From a virus (taxonomy: Duplodnaviria; Caudoviricetes), in the IMG/VR virus record IMGVR_UViG_3300017971_000339, positions 1-54,184 of that record: a stretch of DNA of 54,184 bases. The stretch is one strand, 5' to 3'. Both the position numbers and the translations under genes were made by a program. Shown here one piece after another: positions 18,540 through 27,319 of the stretch. The notes beneath the pieces were generated by a model. That model saw nothing but the letters and a program-made list of their open reading frames with translations, had not been told where the DNA came from and made no database searches. How positions within the stretch are numbered: position 1 is the stretch's first letter; each line of letters starts with the position of its first letter.

Positions 18540-20466
18540 CAAAAAATCTCCTGAATATCTGCAGCAAATCAGGAATCGTGTTCCGGAAACGCCATATGCG
18601 TTGCGGGATTCTTTTCTAACCCCGCGCTTACCAGGAGCGGTGAATGGAACCGCTGCAGAACCTGGGCCTGGAACTCGTACTGTAGTGGATACTGGGAATC
18701 TTTTGAGTATTACAGATGGATATGCGGTTTTACCTGCAACTGCTCTTTTGGGTGATCCTGCAATTAGGTACAACAGCAAGAGTAGAGAAGTTGGTGATAT
18801 TCTTATTTTCAGGGATGTGATTATTCGAACACTAAACGGCGGTATTTGTTATATTGGGTGGGACAATAATACGGTATCTGTTTTCTATGATTGTATCATT
18901 CCTTATTTCGGAGCATTTCATCCAGGCGAAGCAGGAGCAACAAACTTGTCATCTGACTTTTATGAATACACAATAAATTCGTCTTATGACTTAGCGATGC
19001 TATCAAGGCAAGCTGGATATTTTTGGTTTGTGAAAGACAACGATAATAAGTGGGAATTATGTTTCGTTTCTAATACTAGCAATATTTCGAGTTATTATCC
19101 TGGGCTTTCTAATCGATTAAATGTAACTTCATTTTTGTATAATGTTGGCGAAATCTCTATTCCCAAGAAACTTTGGCTCCCTGCTCCCCTACTCTCAGAC
19201 GGATTCGGAACGGTTCCGGATGTGATTGATTACGGCGGTGTAAATGATGGAACTCCAACCAGAGTCGGGTTCGGCGGGGATGCTCGCAAAGCATTTTTTG
19301 ATGGCACGAACTCTTTTGTAGATATCTACTCTGCAGATTTGAATAATAAATTTAACGGAAAAGAGTTTTCGTGCATTGTGCGAAGCAAAGTCTCTGATGT
19401 GGCTGTTTGGACTGATGGAACAACTAGATATTTGATTCGGTTTTTTGTAGATGCAAATAATAGTTTCTATATATCCAGAGTAGCTGCAAACAATCGTATT
19501 CAATTTATTTATGAGGCTAATGGGGTTGTGGCAACAATGAACGAAACTTCGTATGCTGGCGAAGTTGGTTGGTTTACTTCTGGCATTACAGGATCAGATA
19601 CAAACGATCAAGCTAGAGCATACAAGAATGGCGTTGAAATAGCAGCATCGCCAGCGGTAAACGCAGGTGTATGGACAGGAAATTTAACTTCGTCAGCCGT
19701 AGTTATTGGTGCTGGAACTACTGCTCCAATCAATGTTTGGGATGGCTGGCTCTCCGATGCGATTCTACTCTACGGCGTGGTAGCAACCCCCGCACAAATG
19801 GCAACCATGCACACTCATTTGGACGCGGGAACTCTTACCGAGCAAATCCTGGACGCTGAATTCGGCGTAAATAATTGGTCATGGTGGAAATTGAACGAAA
19901 GCTACCAGAGCGATGGATTGGGTCATGCCGAGGGGATAGCAGGAGGAATCGGTTCCGGTGGCGCAGGGCTGCAATGGGAGCAGCCTATTGGCGCATTTGA
20001 CATTAATTCATCTGATCAATTTGAATGTGATCTTATAGAAAATCCTGGTTGGGGTAATATTTCGATAGCAGTTGCGGAATGCAAAACGCAGGATGTTGTA
20101 ATTACATGCGATGGATGGGCAGCTTGCGGTCCATGTGCAAGATATTTAGATGAAGACAATCTTGTAATGTTATATAACAACGGTGCTGGAACGGTGGTTC
20201 TTCGCGAGATCGTTGGCGGTGCTATAAATGTATTATTAAGTGTTGCTGCAGTTTATGTTCCTGGTGGGAATTTGCGTCTGATTGTAGATGGACAAAACGT
20301 TAGAGCATATTACGAAGATGTTCTTATTGGAACAGCGGTAATTAATAGCACATTGAAAAGCACAAAGCATGGAGTATCTGCAATTGCAACTCCAACTAGA
20401 TGTGACAATCTCACCATCTACGCCCGAGGCACAAACGGCGAATACGAAATCTTGGAGAGTTTTTAA
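18523..20466 (+). CDS. LamG/concanavalin-A-like multi-domain virion protein, paralog A
   Basis: FDGTNSFVDI, AYKNG, GWLSD, WWKLNE LamG hallmarks. Confidence 0.75.
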   Translation: MGVLSSKKSPEYLQQIRNRVPETPYALRDSFLTPRLPGAVNGTAAEPGPGTRTVVDTGNLLSITDGYAVLPATALLGDPAIRYNSKSREVGDILIFRDVIIRTLNGGICYIGWDNNTVSVFYDCIIPYFGAFHPGEAGATNLSSDFYEYTINSSYDLAMLSRQAGYFWFVKDNDNKWELCFVSNTSNISSYYPGLSNRLNVTSFLYNVGEISIPKKLWLPAPLLSDGFGTVPDVIDYGGVNDGTPTRVGFGGDARKAFFDGTNSFVDIYSADLNNKFNGKEFSCIVRSKVSDVAVWTDGTTRYLIRFFVDANNSFYISRVAANNRIQFIYEANGVVATMNETSYAGEVGWFTSGITGSDTNDQARAYKNGVEIAASPAVNAGVWTGNLTSSAVVIGAGTTAPINVWDGWLSDAILLYGVVATPAQMATMHTHLDAGTLTEQILDAEFGVNNWSWWKLNESYQSDGLGHAEGIAGGIGSGGAGLQWEQPIGAFDINSSDQFECDLIENPGWGNISIAVAECKTQDVVITCDGWAACGPCARYLDEDNLVMLYNNGAGTVVLREIVGGAINVLLSVAAVYVPGGNLRLIVDGQNVRAYYEDVLIGTAVINSTLKSTKHGVSAIATPTRCDNLTIYARGTNGEYEILESF

Positions 20467-20469
20467 AGC

Positions 20470-22386
20470 ATGGGAATTCTGACCAGTAAAAAATCCCCTG
20501 AATATCTGCAACAGATGCGAAATCGAAAACCGGATCTCGTTTATTCTTTGCGTGATGAATTCCTTACTCCCAGACTTCCAGGAGCGATCAACGGAACCGC
20601 TGCAGAACCTGGGCCTGGAACGCGTACGGTTGTGGATACTCTGAATTTGTTGGATATGGGGCGTGGTCGATTATCTGTACATGGATTGAACGCAGTTGGC
20701 GATCCTGGATTGTGGTACGGTTCGATATCTCGAAACCCTGGTGTAATTTTTAAAGCGATCACAAAACACATTTACGCTTTATCTAGTTGGATGATCGGAT
20801 TTGATACAAATCAAGCCGGAGCTATCAATGAATGTGCTTTTTGGTTATCTGGTGGAGTTTTTAGAATCAATGATGGAGCTGCAGGTGCTGCGTCAAGCGC
20901 AGTTTTTACTGCATCCACTAATATATCTTACGGTATTGTTTATGCTTTGCGAACGACTGGTGCTTTGTTTTTTTATAAAGACGGTGACACTAATTATAAA
21001 CTCGCTTGGATTGGATCATCAGGAGTAAATGTAACATTATATCCTGGTGCATCGTTTAACGGTTTACTGTCTGATATTTCCGAAATCTCAATTCCCAAAA
21101 AACTCTGGCTCCCTGCTCCCCTGCTCTCCGATGGATTCGGGACGGTTCCGGATGTGATTGATTACGGTGGTGTGAATGATGGAACGCCAACCAGAGTCGG
21201 GTTCGGCGGAGATGCTCGCAAAGCATTTTTCGATGGCACAAATTCTTTTGTGGATATCTACTCTGCAGATTTGAATAATAAATTTGATGGTGCGGAATGT
21301 TCCGCAATTGTGAGAGCGAGAAATGATTGGGCAGACGCGTCCGTAGATTATATGTTGAATTTGAGTGTTGGCGCATTCTCTGATGGTATTGGTATTTCAA
21401 AGTCAGGAGCAAACACAATTACATTCAATCGATGGGGTGGTGGTGTTACAGAATCAGTGGTAAAAGCTGCGGTTATTACAACATCTACTATGACATTGGG
21501 GCTTACTGTTTCCGAATTGGCAGATGAGTTTAAGGCATTTTACAATGGAGCACAAGAAGGGTTGACTCAAAATGCACTTGGTGTATTCGCAGGAAATCTA
21601 TCAAATCAAAGGTGTTATATCGGTGATAGATTTGTTGCACATTCTGCGCCTTATTTGGGCTGGCTCTCAGATGCAATTATTCTTTATGGCGTAGTGGCAA
21701 CCCCTGCTCAAATGTCAGATATTCATACTCATCTGGACGCGGGAACCATGACAGAATCATGGCTCAACAGCACTTTTGGGCCTGGAACATGGTCATGGTG
21801 GAAATTGAATGAAAGCTACGAGAGCGATGGGTTAGGTCATGCTGAGGGGATAGCAGGAGGGATTGGTTCCGGTGGCGCAGGGCTGCAATGGGAGCAGCCT
21901 ATTGGTTCATTTGACATTGTCTCTAATGCGCTGCATTGTTCATTTCTCGAATCAGAACCGCTTAGTGGAGCATTCCTTGCCATAACAATTAATGATATCA
22001 AAACTGCGGATGTAATTGTAACCTGTGAACCTCAAATCGCTTTATGTGGGTTGGCTTTAAGATATGTGGATAATGCTAATTATATAAGAGTATTCCACGA
22101 TGGGGGCAATGCTGTTTTACGACAATACATTGGTGGTGCACCCACTAATCTAATAAGTGCTGCAGCTGTATTTGGGGCGGGGCAAGAATTAAGGGCAATA
22201 CTGGAGGGTGCTACTGCGCGTCTTTATTACAATGATGTACTGATTGGAACTGCCGTGGTAGATAGTTCCTTGGTTGGCTCCACAAGACACGGTGCTTATG
22301 GAGGGGGGATAAATACTGCTGTCGATAATCTCACCATCTACGCCCGAGGCACAAATGGAGAATACGAAATCTTGGAGAGTTTTTAA
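20470..22386 (+). CDS. LamG/concanavalin-A-like multi-domain virion protein, paralog B
   Basis: Same architecture; several blocks identical to paralog A. Confidence 0.75.
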   Translation: MGILTSKKSPEYLQQMRNRKPDLVYSLRDEFLTPRLPGAINGTAAEPGPGTRTVVDTLNLLDMGRGRLSVHGLNAVGDPGLWYGSISRNPGVIFKAITKHIYALSSWMIGFDTNQAGAINECAFWLSGGVFRINDGAAGAASSAVFTASTNISYGIVYALRTTGALFFYKDGDTNYKLAWIGSSGVNVTLYPGASFNGLLSDISEISIPKKLWLPAPLLSDGFGTVPDVIDYGGVNDGTPTRVGFGGDARKAFFDGTNSFVDIYSADLNNKFDGAECSAIVRARNDWADASVDYMLNLSVGAFSDGIGISKSGANTITFNRWGGGVTESVVKAAVITTSTMTLGLTVSELADEFKAFYNGAQEGLTQNALGVFAGNLSNQRCYIGDRFVAHSAPYLGWLSDAIILYGVVATPAQMSDIHTHLDAGTMTESWLNSTFGPGTWSWWKLNESYESDGLGHAEGIAGGIGSGGAGLQWEQPIGSFDIVSNALHCSFLESEPLSGAFLAITINDIKTADVIVTCEPQIALCGLALRYVDNANYIRVFHDGGNAVLRQYIGGAPTNLISAAAVFGAGQELRAILEGATARLYYNDVLIGTAVVDSSLVGSTRHGAYGGGINTAVDNLTIYARGTNGEYEILESF

Positions 22387-22928
22387 TGTTAGCTTATGTA
22401 CTGATTAACAAATCGATTGCACAAGCAGCTGTGGATGCGCTGGATTACGATACGGGAGAGATTGTTACGGTTCCCATGCGTGACCCCATCTACGAAGAGC
22501 GCCCCATCCTGGACGAGAACGGGGAACCCACCGGAGAAACGCAGACCGTTTTTATCGGATGGGGAGAAGTCTACGAATTGGAAGTAGAAAAGCGCTCTGG
22601 TGGATACGCTCAAATTGGAAGATTAGGAAATTGGTTCTGTTTGCTAATGACAAGTTCTACGGCGAGATTGGCAACGATAGCAGAGCAGGCCGGCGATGAT
22701 CTCATTCCTTTGGTAACAATCCAGAATACCGAGGACGGTGATTTGCGCTGGAAGGTGCGCATTAGCACACAAAACGTTAGCAGAATCAATACGTGGTTAG
22801 AAAATCATGGATACCCAACGCTTCCAGGAACCTGGACATACGCTCAAATTGTGCGCGCTCTGATTGGCTTATTTGCAGGAGAGCAATTTGACATTAAAGA
22901 TTTTTCTATTTTAGCGAGCGAGGATTAA
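22386..22928 (+). CDS. Hypothetical protein (possible fibre assembly chaperone)
   Basis: TAATG coupling to the LamG gene. Confidence 0.5.
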   Translation: MLAYVLINKSIAQAAVDALDYDTGEIVTVPMRDPIYEERPILDENGEPTGETQTVFIGWGEVYELEVEKRSGGYAQIGRLGNWFCLLMTSSTARLATIAEQAGDDLIPLVTIQNTEDGDLRWKVRISTQNVSRINTWLENHGYPTLPGTWTYAQIVRALIGLFAGEQFDIKDFSILASED

Positions 22929-23432
22929 ATGGCGCTCATAGTCAAAGCACTCACGCCCAAGAAATTCAAGGATGATGTATTTCGCAAAGAGATCTTTATT
23001 ACTGCGAAAACTACGGCGCGTGATATTCGCAATGATTTTCAAAAGACGGTCAGCACCTGGGAGCGCAAACCTAAATTTGAAATGATCGTGGCGGTAGGTC
23101 CTAATTCCATTGATATTTATGTGGGAACAGACGATGAGATATACGGTTATGTAGATCGCGGCACAAAAGAGCATATTATTCAACCCAAGAAACCGGGTGG
23201 AGTATTAGCATTCAAATCTCAGTATAAACCCAAGACCATCCCGAACATGATCGGCTCGCGTTCCGGTGGTTCTTCTGGGAATACTGTGTTTGCATCCTGG
23301 GTGATACATCCAGGAACGAAAGCAAGAAATTTCGATAAGGTAATTCAGAAAAAATGGACTCCAATTTATAAGCGCAGGATGGAACAAGCGATTTCTCGTG
23401 CGAATAAAAAATCGGGCCATTCATACAATTAG
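22929..23432 (+). CDS. Neck/tail-completion protein (HK97 gp10-like)
   Basis: Basic protein; YVDRGTKEH.I.PK and V.HPGTKAR motifs. Confidence 0.75.
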   Translation: MALIVKALTPKKFKDDVFRKEIFITAKTTARDIRNDFQKTVSTWERKPKFEMIVAVGPNSIDIYVGTDDEIYGYVDRGTKEHIIQPKKPGGVLAFKSQYKPKTIPNMIGSRSGGSSGNTVFASWVIHPGTKARNFDKVIQKKWTPIYKRRMEQAISRANKKSGHSYN

Positions 23433-23447
23433 TGTAGGAGGTTCTTC

Positions 23448-24905
23448 ATGAGTGATAATTTCTTAGCAGGTGAAGGCGCAATTTTTGTTCAACCGGATGG
23501 AGCGAATACACAGCCCCGCTATTTGGGCTGTCATCAGTTATTGGGGATTGATGTTCCCAAAGGTGATGTCACGCTCTATTATTGCCCTGATCCATCTGCC
23601 CCAAACAAATTTGTGGTAGACAACTCTTCACAAGCTGCCCCTGGCCCCGTAACTTTCGATATCGAGATGAAAGTTGGGCGCACAGCGGATTGGCTTGAAA
23701 AGGTATCGTGTCCAGTTCCGGTTCATGTACTCATGAACAAATGTGGACGAAAAGACACCTTTGTTTTCGAGCGCGCTTATTCGCTCCCCGCAACATATAT
23801 TACGAGCGAATCAATTGCAAATCTGGCCGCGCGTACCCCTGATTCTCAGGATGAAGTTCTCAGTACCTTCTCGATGGCATCTGAGGCGATGTTTAAAGGG
23901 TTTGAGATGGTGGGGCAGCGAAAAGCAACCACCGAATCGCAAGCGCTCAACTGTATTGCGAGTTGCTCTGATCCTGCTTGTTCTGGCGATTGCGGAGATT
24001 CGAGTGATTTCTGCGATGTTCTGGTGATTGGATGCGAGGCAGCTGGCGGGTTGACCGCGAATGTTCTGCGCTCAACAGATCATGGAGCAAACTTTGCTGC
24101 TACTGCTGCTGATCCTTTCGCTGCAGACGAGAACATTATGAGCATTGTTTGTTTCCCTGTTGACAAGAATATAACTCGTATTCTATGTATTCGGGATGCT
24201 GATGTTGCCGATAATGCAGAGGTGGCGTATTCGGATGATAACGGCGCAACCTGGACAAACGCGGACATTGCTACTGCAAACAACGTGGGTGCTGTGGGAT
24301 TCCGCGCTCTATTCGCTTACGATCCTAGCAATATTTGGGCTGTTCTGGAAGGTGGCAACATTGGGTATTCGTCCGATGGTGGCGCAACCTGGACGCTGCA
24401 GGATGCTGGAACCGTAACTGCGAACGATTTGTACGGTGTGCATTTCATCGATGCAAATAATGGTTTCGCAGTTGGCGATACGGACACGATCATTCGAACC
24501 ATCGATGGTGGCGATACCTGGGATACGGTTACTGCTACCGGTGGCGGGAACGGATTGGTATCCGTTTGGATGATTGACCGCAATCGTATTTGGGTTGGTG
24601 ACGATGCAGGAGAACTGTATTACACAAATGATGCAGGGACAACCTGGGCACAGCGGACATATCCTGCAGGAGCAGCGGGTAGTGTTCTTGATGTTAGATT
24701 CATCAACGAACTTTATGGTTTCTTGATTGGCACCAGTTCAAGTGATGCAATCCTGCGCACAATTGACGGTGGCTATACATGGCAAACAATCACGATCACC
24801 GCTAACAGCGGATTGAATCAGCTTGTATTGTGTGGTGAGAATGAACTGTTTGGCGTTGGCGAAGTTGATGCTGCTACCGGAATGATTATTAAGGCATCGA
24901 ATTAG
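23448..24905 (+). CDS. Putative major tail tube protein fused to a BNR/YCF48-like beta-propeller, paralog A
   Basis: Tube-gene position; repeated S/T-x-D-x-G-x-T-W Asp-box motifs after ~200 aa. Confidence 0.65.
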   Translation: MSDNFLAGEGAIFVQPDGANTQPRYLGCHQLLGIDVPKGDVTLYYCPDPSAPNKFVVDNSSQAAPGPVTFDIEMKVGRTADWLEKVSCPVPVHVLMNKCGRKDTFVFERAYSLPATYITSESIANLAARTPDSQDEVLSTFSMASEAMFKGFEMVGQRKATTESQALNCIASCSDPACSGDCGDSSDFCDVLVIGCEAAGGLTANVLRSTDHGANFAATAADPFAADENIMSIVCFPVDKNITRILCIRDADVADNAEVAYSDDNGATWTNADIATANNVGAVGFRALFAYDPSNIWAVLEGGNIGYSSDGGATWTLQDAGTVTANDLYGVHFIDANNGFAVGDTDTIIRTIDGGDTWDTVTATGGGNGLVSVWMIDRNRIWVGDDAGELYYTNDAGTTWAQRTYPAGAAGSVLDVRFINELYGFLIGTSSSDAILRTIDGGYTWQTITITANSGLNQLVLCGENELFGVGEVDAATGMIIKASN

Positions 24906-24932
24906 TCATTCGTGCCACTAGGAGGCATAACA

Positions 24933-26387
24933 ATGGCTAAGAGCTTTTTGGCGGGTGCGGGTGCTATCTGGGTTCAACCAGATGGCCCCAACTCGCAGCC
25001 TTATTTTCTGGGTTGTCACGCATTGGGAGATATTGAGCGCCCCAGAGGGGACGCTACTTTGGTATTCATTCCTGATGTGGAGCATCCTAACAACTTCATT
25101 CCACTAGATATCTATGCGTCTGGTGGCCCTGGCCCTGTTTCAACAACGATTGAATCAGTTATAAAATCTGCAGCTGATTGGCTGGAATCAGTCAATTGCC
25201 CAATGCCGATTTATATCAATCAGGTGCTATGTGGTCGTCAGGATGTATTCGATAATTGGGATCGTGCTTTCATTCTGGATAAGGCAATCGTGACGAGCGA
25301 ATCCTTGTCCGGAATGGTGATTATGTCAGCGGACGATCAAGATCGATCAATGCAGTCGTTTGATGTATCTGCTAAGTTGATGCACCGATTGTTCCCGCTT
25401 TCAACCGGATCTCAGAATATCATTAGTGTGGCTGGACAAACCGGATTGTCAGTAGCATTCTCTGGTTCAAGAAAATGTTATGGTCAATGCGGGAATGTGC
25501 ATTCTGCAAACCAAGATGGGTATCTTGGAGTTACCGGATTGATTGGATCTCCCACGAATCTGTATTACACAGATGATGGGGGTCTGGTCTGGTTCCCAAC
25601 TGCAACAAATCCATTCCAATCTCACGAGGATGTTTCTGGCGTGGTTGATGTTCAAATCGCGAAAAATTCGTATCGTGTAATTGTGACGCGTGGAACTCTG
25701 GATGGATTGAATCCCGCCGAGATTGCGTATTCAGATGATCGCGGAGCAACGTTTACGAATGTGAATGTGGGAGCGGTGAATGGTCAATATGCAATTGGAA
25801 CCGGACAACCGCTCTTTGCATGGAATGGATCAAATATCTGGCTTGTTACAACCGGTGGTTATATCTATTTCTCGAAGGATGCAGGTATTACCTGGACAGC
25901 ACAAGAAAGCGGAGCAACCACTACTCAAAATTTGCATTCGGTGTATTTCGTGGATGATAAGGTTGGTTTTGCGGTGGGCGATAATAACGCGATCCTGCGC
26001 ACAACCGATGGTGAGAATTGGAGCGCCCTAACGGGTCCAGCTGCAGAGAATTTGAGCATTGCACAAGCGGTGTTTGCGTTTGATCGCAATCGCATCTGGA
26101 TTGGATACGATTCTGGGAATCTCTATTTCTCGAATGATGGAGGTGATTCTTGGTTTGAGCGATCTTATCCTGGTTCTGGAACAGGCGAGATCCAGTCGAT
26201 TCAATTCTGCAACGAATATGTTGGTTATATCTCGCATATCTCTACCGGTGGTGCTACTGGAAGTTTATTCCGCACGATCAACGGTGGGTGGAGTTGGATA
26301 ACCCAATCTCTCCCATCCGGAACCGGAGCGCTGTATGATATTCACGTGACAAATTGCAACAATATCTATGTAGCAGGAGATTTGTAA
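24933..26387 (+). CDS. Putative tail tube/BNR beta-propeller protein, paralog B
   Basis: FLAG.GAI.VQPDG.N.QP..LGCH shared with paralog A; Asp-boxes; AGGAGG RBS before ATG 24933. Confidence 0.65.
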   Translation: MAKSFLAGAGAIWVQPDGPNSQPYFLGCHALGDIERPRGDATLVFIPDVEHPNNFIPLDIYASGGPGPVSTTIESVIKSAADWLESVNCPMPIYINQVLCGRQDVFDNWDRAFILDKAIVTSESLSGMVIMSADDQDRSMQSFDVSAKLMHRLFPLSTGSQNIISVAGQTGLSVAFSGSRKCYGQCGNVHSANQDGYLGVTGLIGSPTNLYYTDDGGLVWFPTATNPFQSHEDVSGVVDVQIAKNSYRVIVTRGTLDGLNPAEIAYSDDRGATFTNVNVGAVNGQYAIGTGQPLFAWNGSNIWLVTTGGYIYFSKDAGITWTAQESGATTTQNLHSVYFVDDKVGFAVGDNNAILRTTDGENWSALTGPAAENLSIAQAVFAFDRNRIWIGYDSGNLYFSNDGGDSWFERSYPGSGTGEIQSIQFCNEYVGYISHISTGGATGSLFRTINGGWSWITQSLPSGTGALYDIHVTNCNNIYVAGDL

Positions 26388-26430
26388 GATTTTATCTGCA
26401 GGGAGTTTTTAGCAGCATAGTCCGGACTGA

Positions 26431-26497
26431 GAGACAGTCACTGAGTAGGGTTCGCTCCCTGACCTACTTGGTGACTGCCTCACATTTGCAAGGGAGC
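26431..26497 (+). promoter_or_regulatory. Leader hairpin whose loop is complementary to the downstream RBS
   Basis: Stem 26431-26449/26463-26481; loop GCTCCCT (26454-26460) pairs with AGGGAGC (26491-26497). Confidence 0.6.
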
Positions 26498-26502
26498 AAA
26501 TT

Positions 26503-27105
26503 ATGACGAAGAAAGAGAAAGCGCAAGAGCAAGAGCAAGAAGAACGGGAACCCATTTTTCATACAACTAGAATGGGTCATACAATTGAGATTTTACCTAT
26601 CCCTCCGTTTTTGATGGATAAAATCAACGCAAGTATAAAGTATCCGGAAATCCCCACCTACGAAGCAAAAACCGCAGCGGGTGAAATTGAGATTTTCCCG
26701 CACGATGAAACTACGCTCGAATCCGATGAGGATCGCAAAGCATGGGCAGCTTACCAGAGCGCTCTAACAGCAGCGAGCGAAGCGGAAAACGATATCATGA
26801 TGCGAACCATGATGTTAAAGGGAATTGACGTTAAATTGTCTGGTGATGCTTTCGAGAACTGGAAGGATGAGCAGGAATATCTGGGTTTAGAAATCCCAAC
26901 AAATAAATCTGCGCTAAAGGTTTATTACATTGAAACCGAAATACTTGGCAACAATCAGGATATCGCCGATATTATGACAAAAATTGTTGAGGCCAGCGGA
27001 GTATCTCAGGAGGTTGTCGCTAACGCGAAAGAAAAATTTCGGAGTGCAGTATCAGGGGAAACCCCTGAGTCAATTGAAGCTGAAACCAGGGAAATGGACG
27101 CATAA
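26503..27105 (+). CDS. Tail assembly chaperone (gpG-like)
   Basis: Acidic ~200 aa protein between the tube genes and tape measure. Confidence 0.75.
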   Translation: MTKKEKAQEQEQEEREPIFHTTRMGHTIEILPIPPFLMDKINASIKYPEIPTYEAKTAAGEIEIFPHDETTLESDEDRKAWAAYQSALTAASEAENDIMMRTMMLKGIDVKLSGDAFENWKDEQEYLGLEIPTNKSALKVYYIETEILGNNQDIADIMTKIVEASGVSQEVVANAKEKFRSAVSGETPESIEAETREMDA

Positions 27106-27319
27106 TCAGAGATTCACGGAACTGGAAGTATGCGAAAAATGGCAGATACGCCCCACTGAATTTTGGACGCAGTGGAATGAAGTTGACAAAGCATACGCTA
27201 TTGCGAAATTGCAAGCTAACGCAGAAATCGCAGCTTATGAAAATCAGGTTCACGAAGATGAAATGCGCAGAAAAAACAGACCGTCAAGCAATGCAGGTAG
27301 AAATTTCAAAAGGCGATAG
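27038..27319 (+). CDS. Frameshift extension of the tail assembly chaperone (gpT-like)
   Basis: Overlapping +1 frame with no good start of its own; W.I.P.EFW motif; stop abuts the tape measure ATG. Confidence 0.65.
   Translation, partial: FGVQYQGKPLSQLKLKPGKWTHNQRFTELEVCEKWQIRPTEFWTQWNEVDKAYAIAKLQANAEIAAYENQVHEDEMRRKNRPSSNAGRNFKRR

Noticed and set aside
18523-22386. Diversity-generating retroelement (TR/VR pair) in the repeated LamG genes
   Set aside because: Differences are mostly synonymous and not adenine-specific, both copies are coding, and no reverse transcriptase is visible
27054-27063. Canonical -1 slippery site GGGAAAC for the tail chaperone
   Set aside because: The downstream ORF is in the +1/-2 frame, so a -1 shift would not reach it
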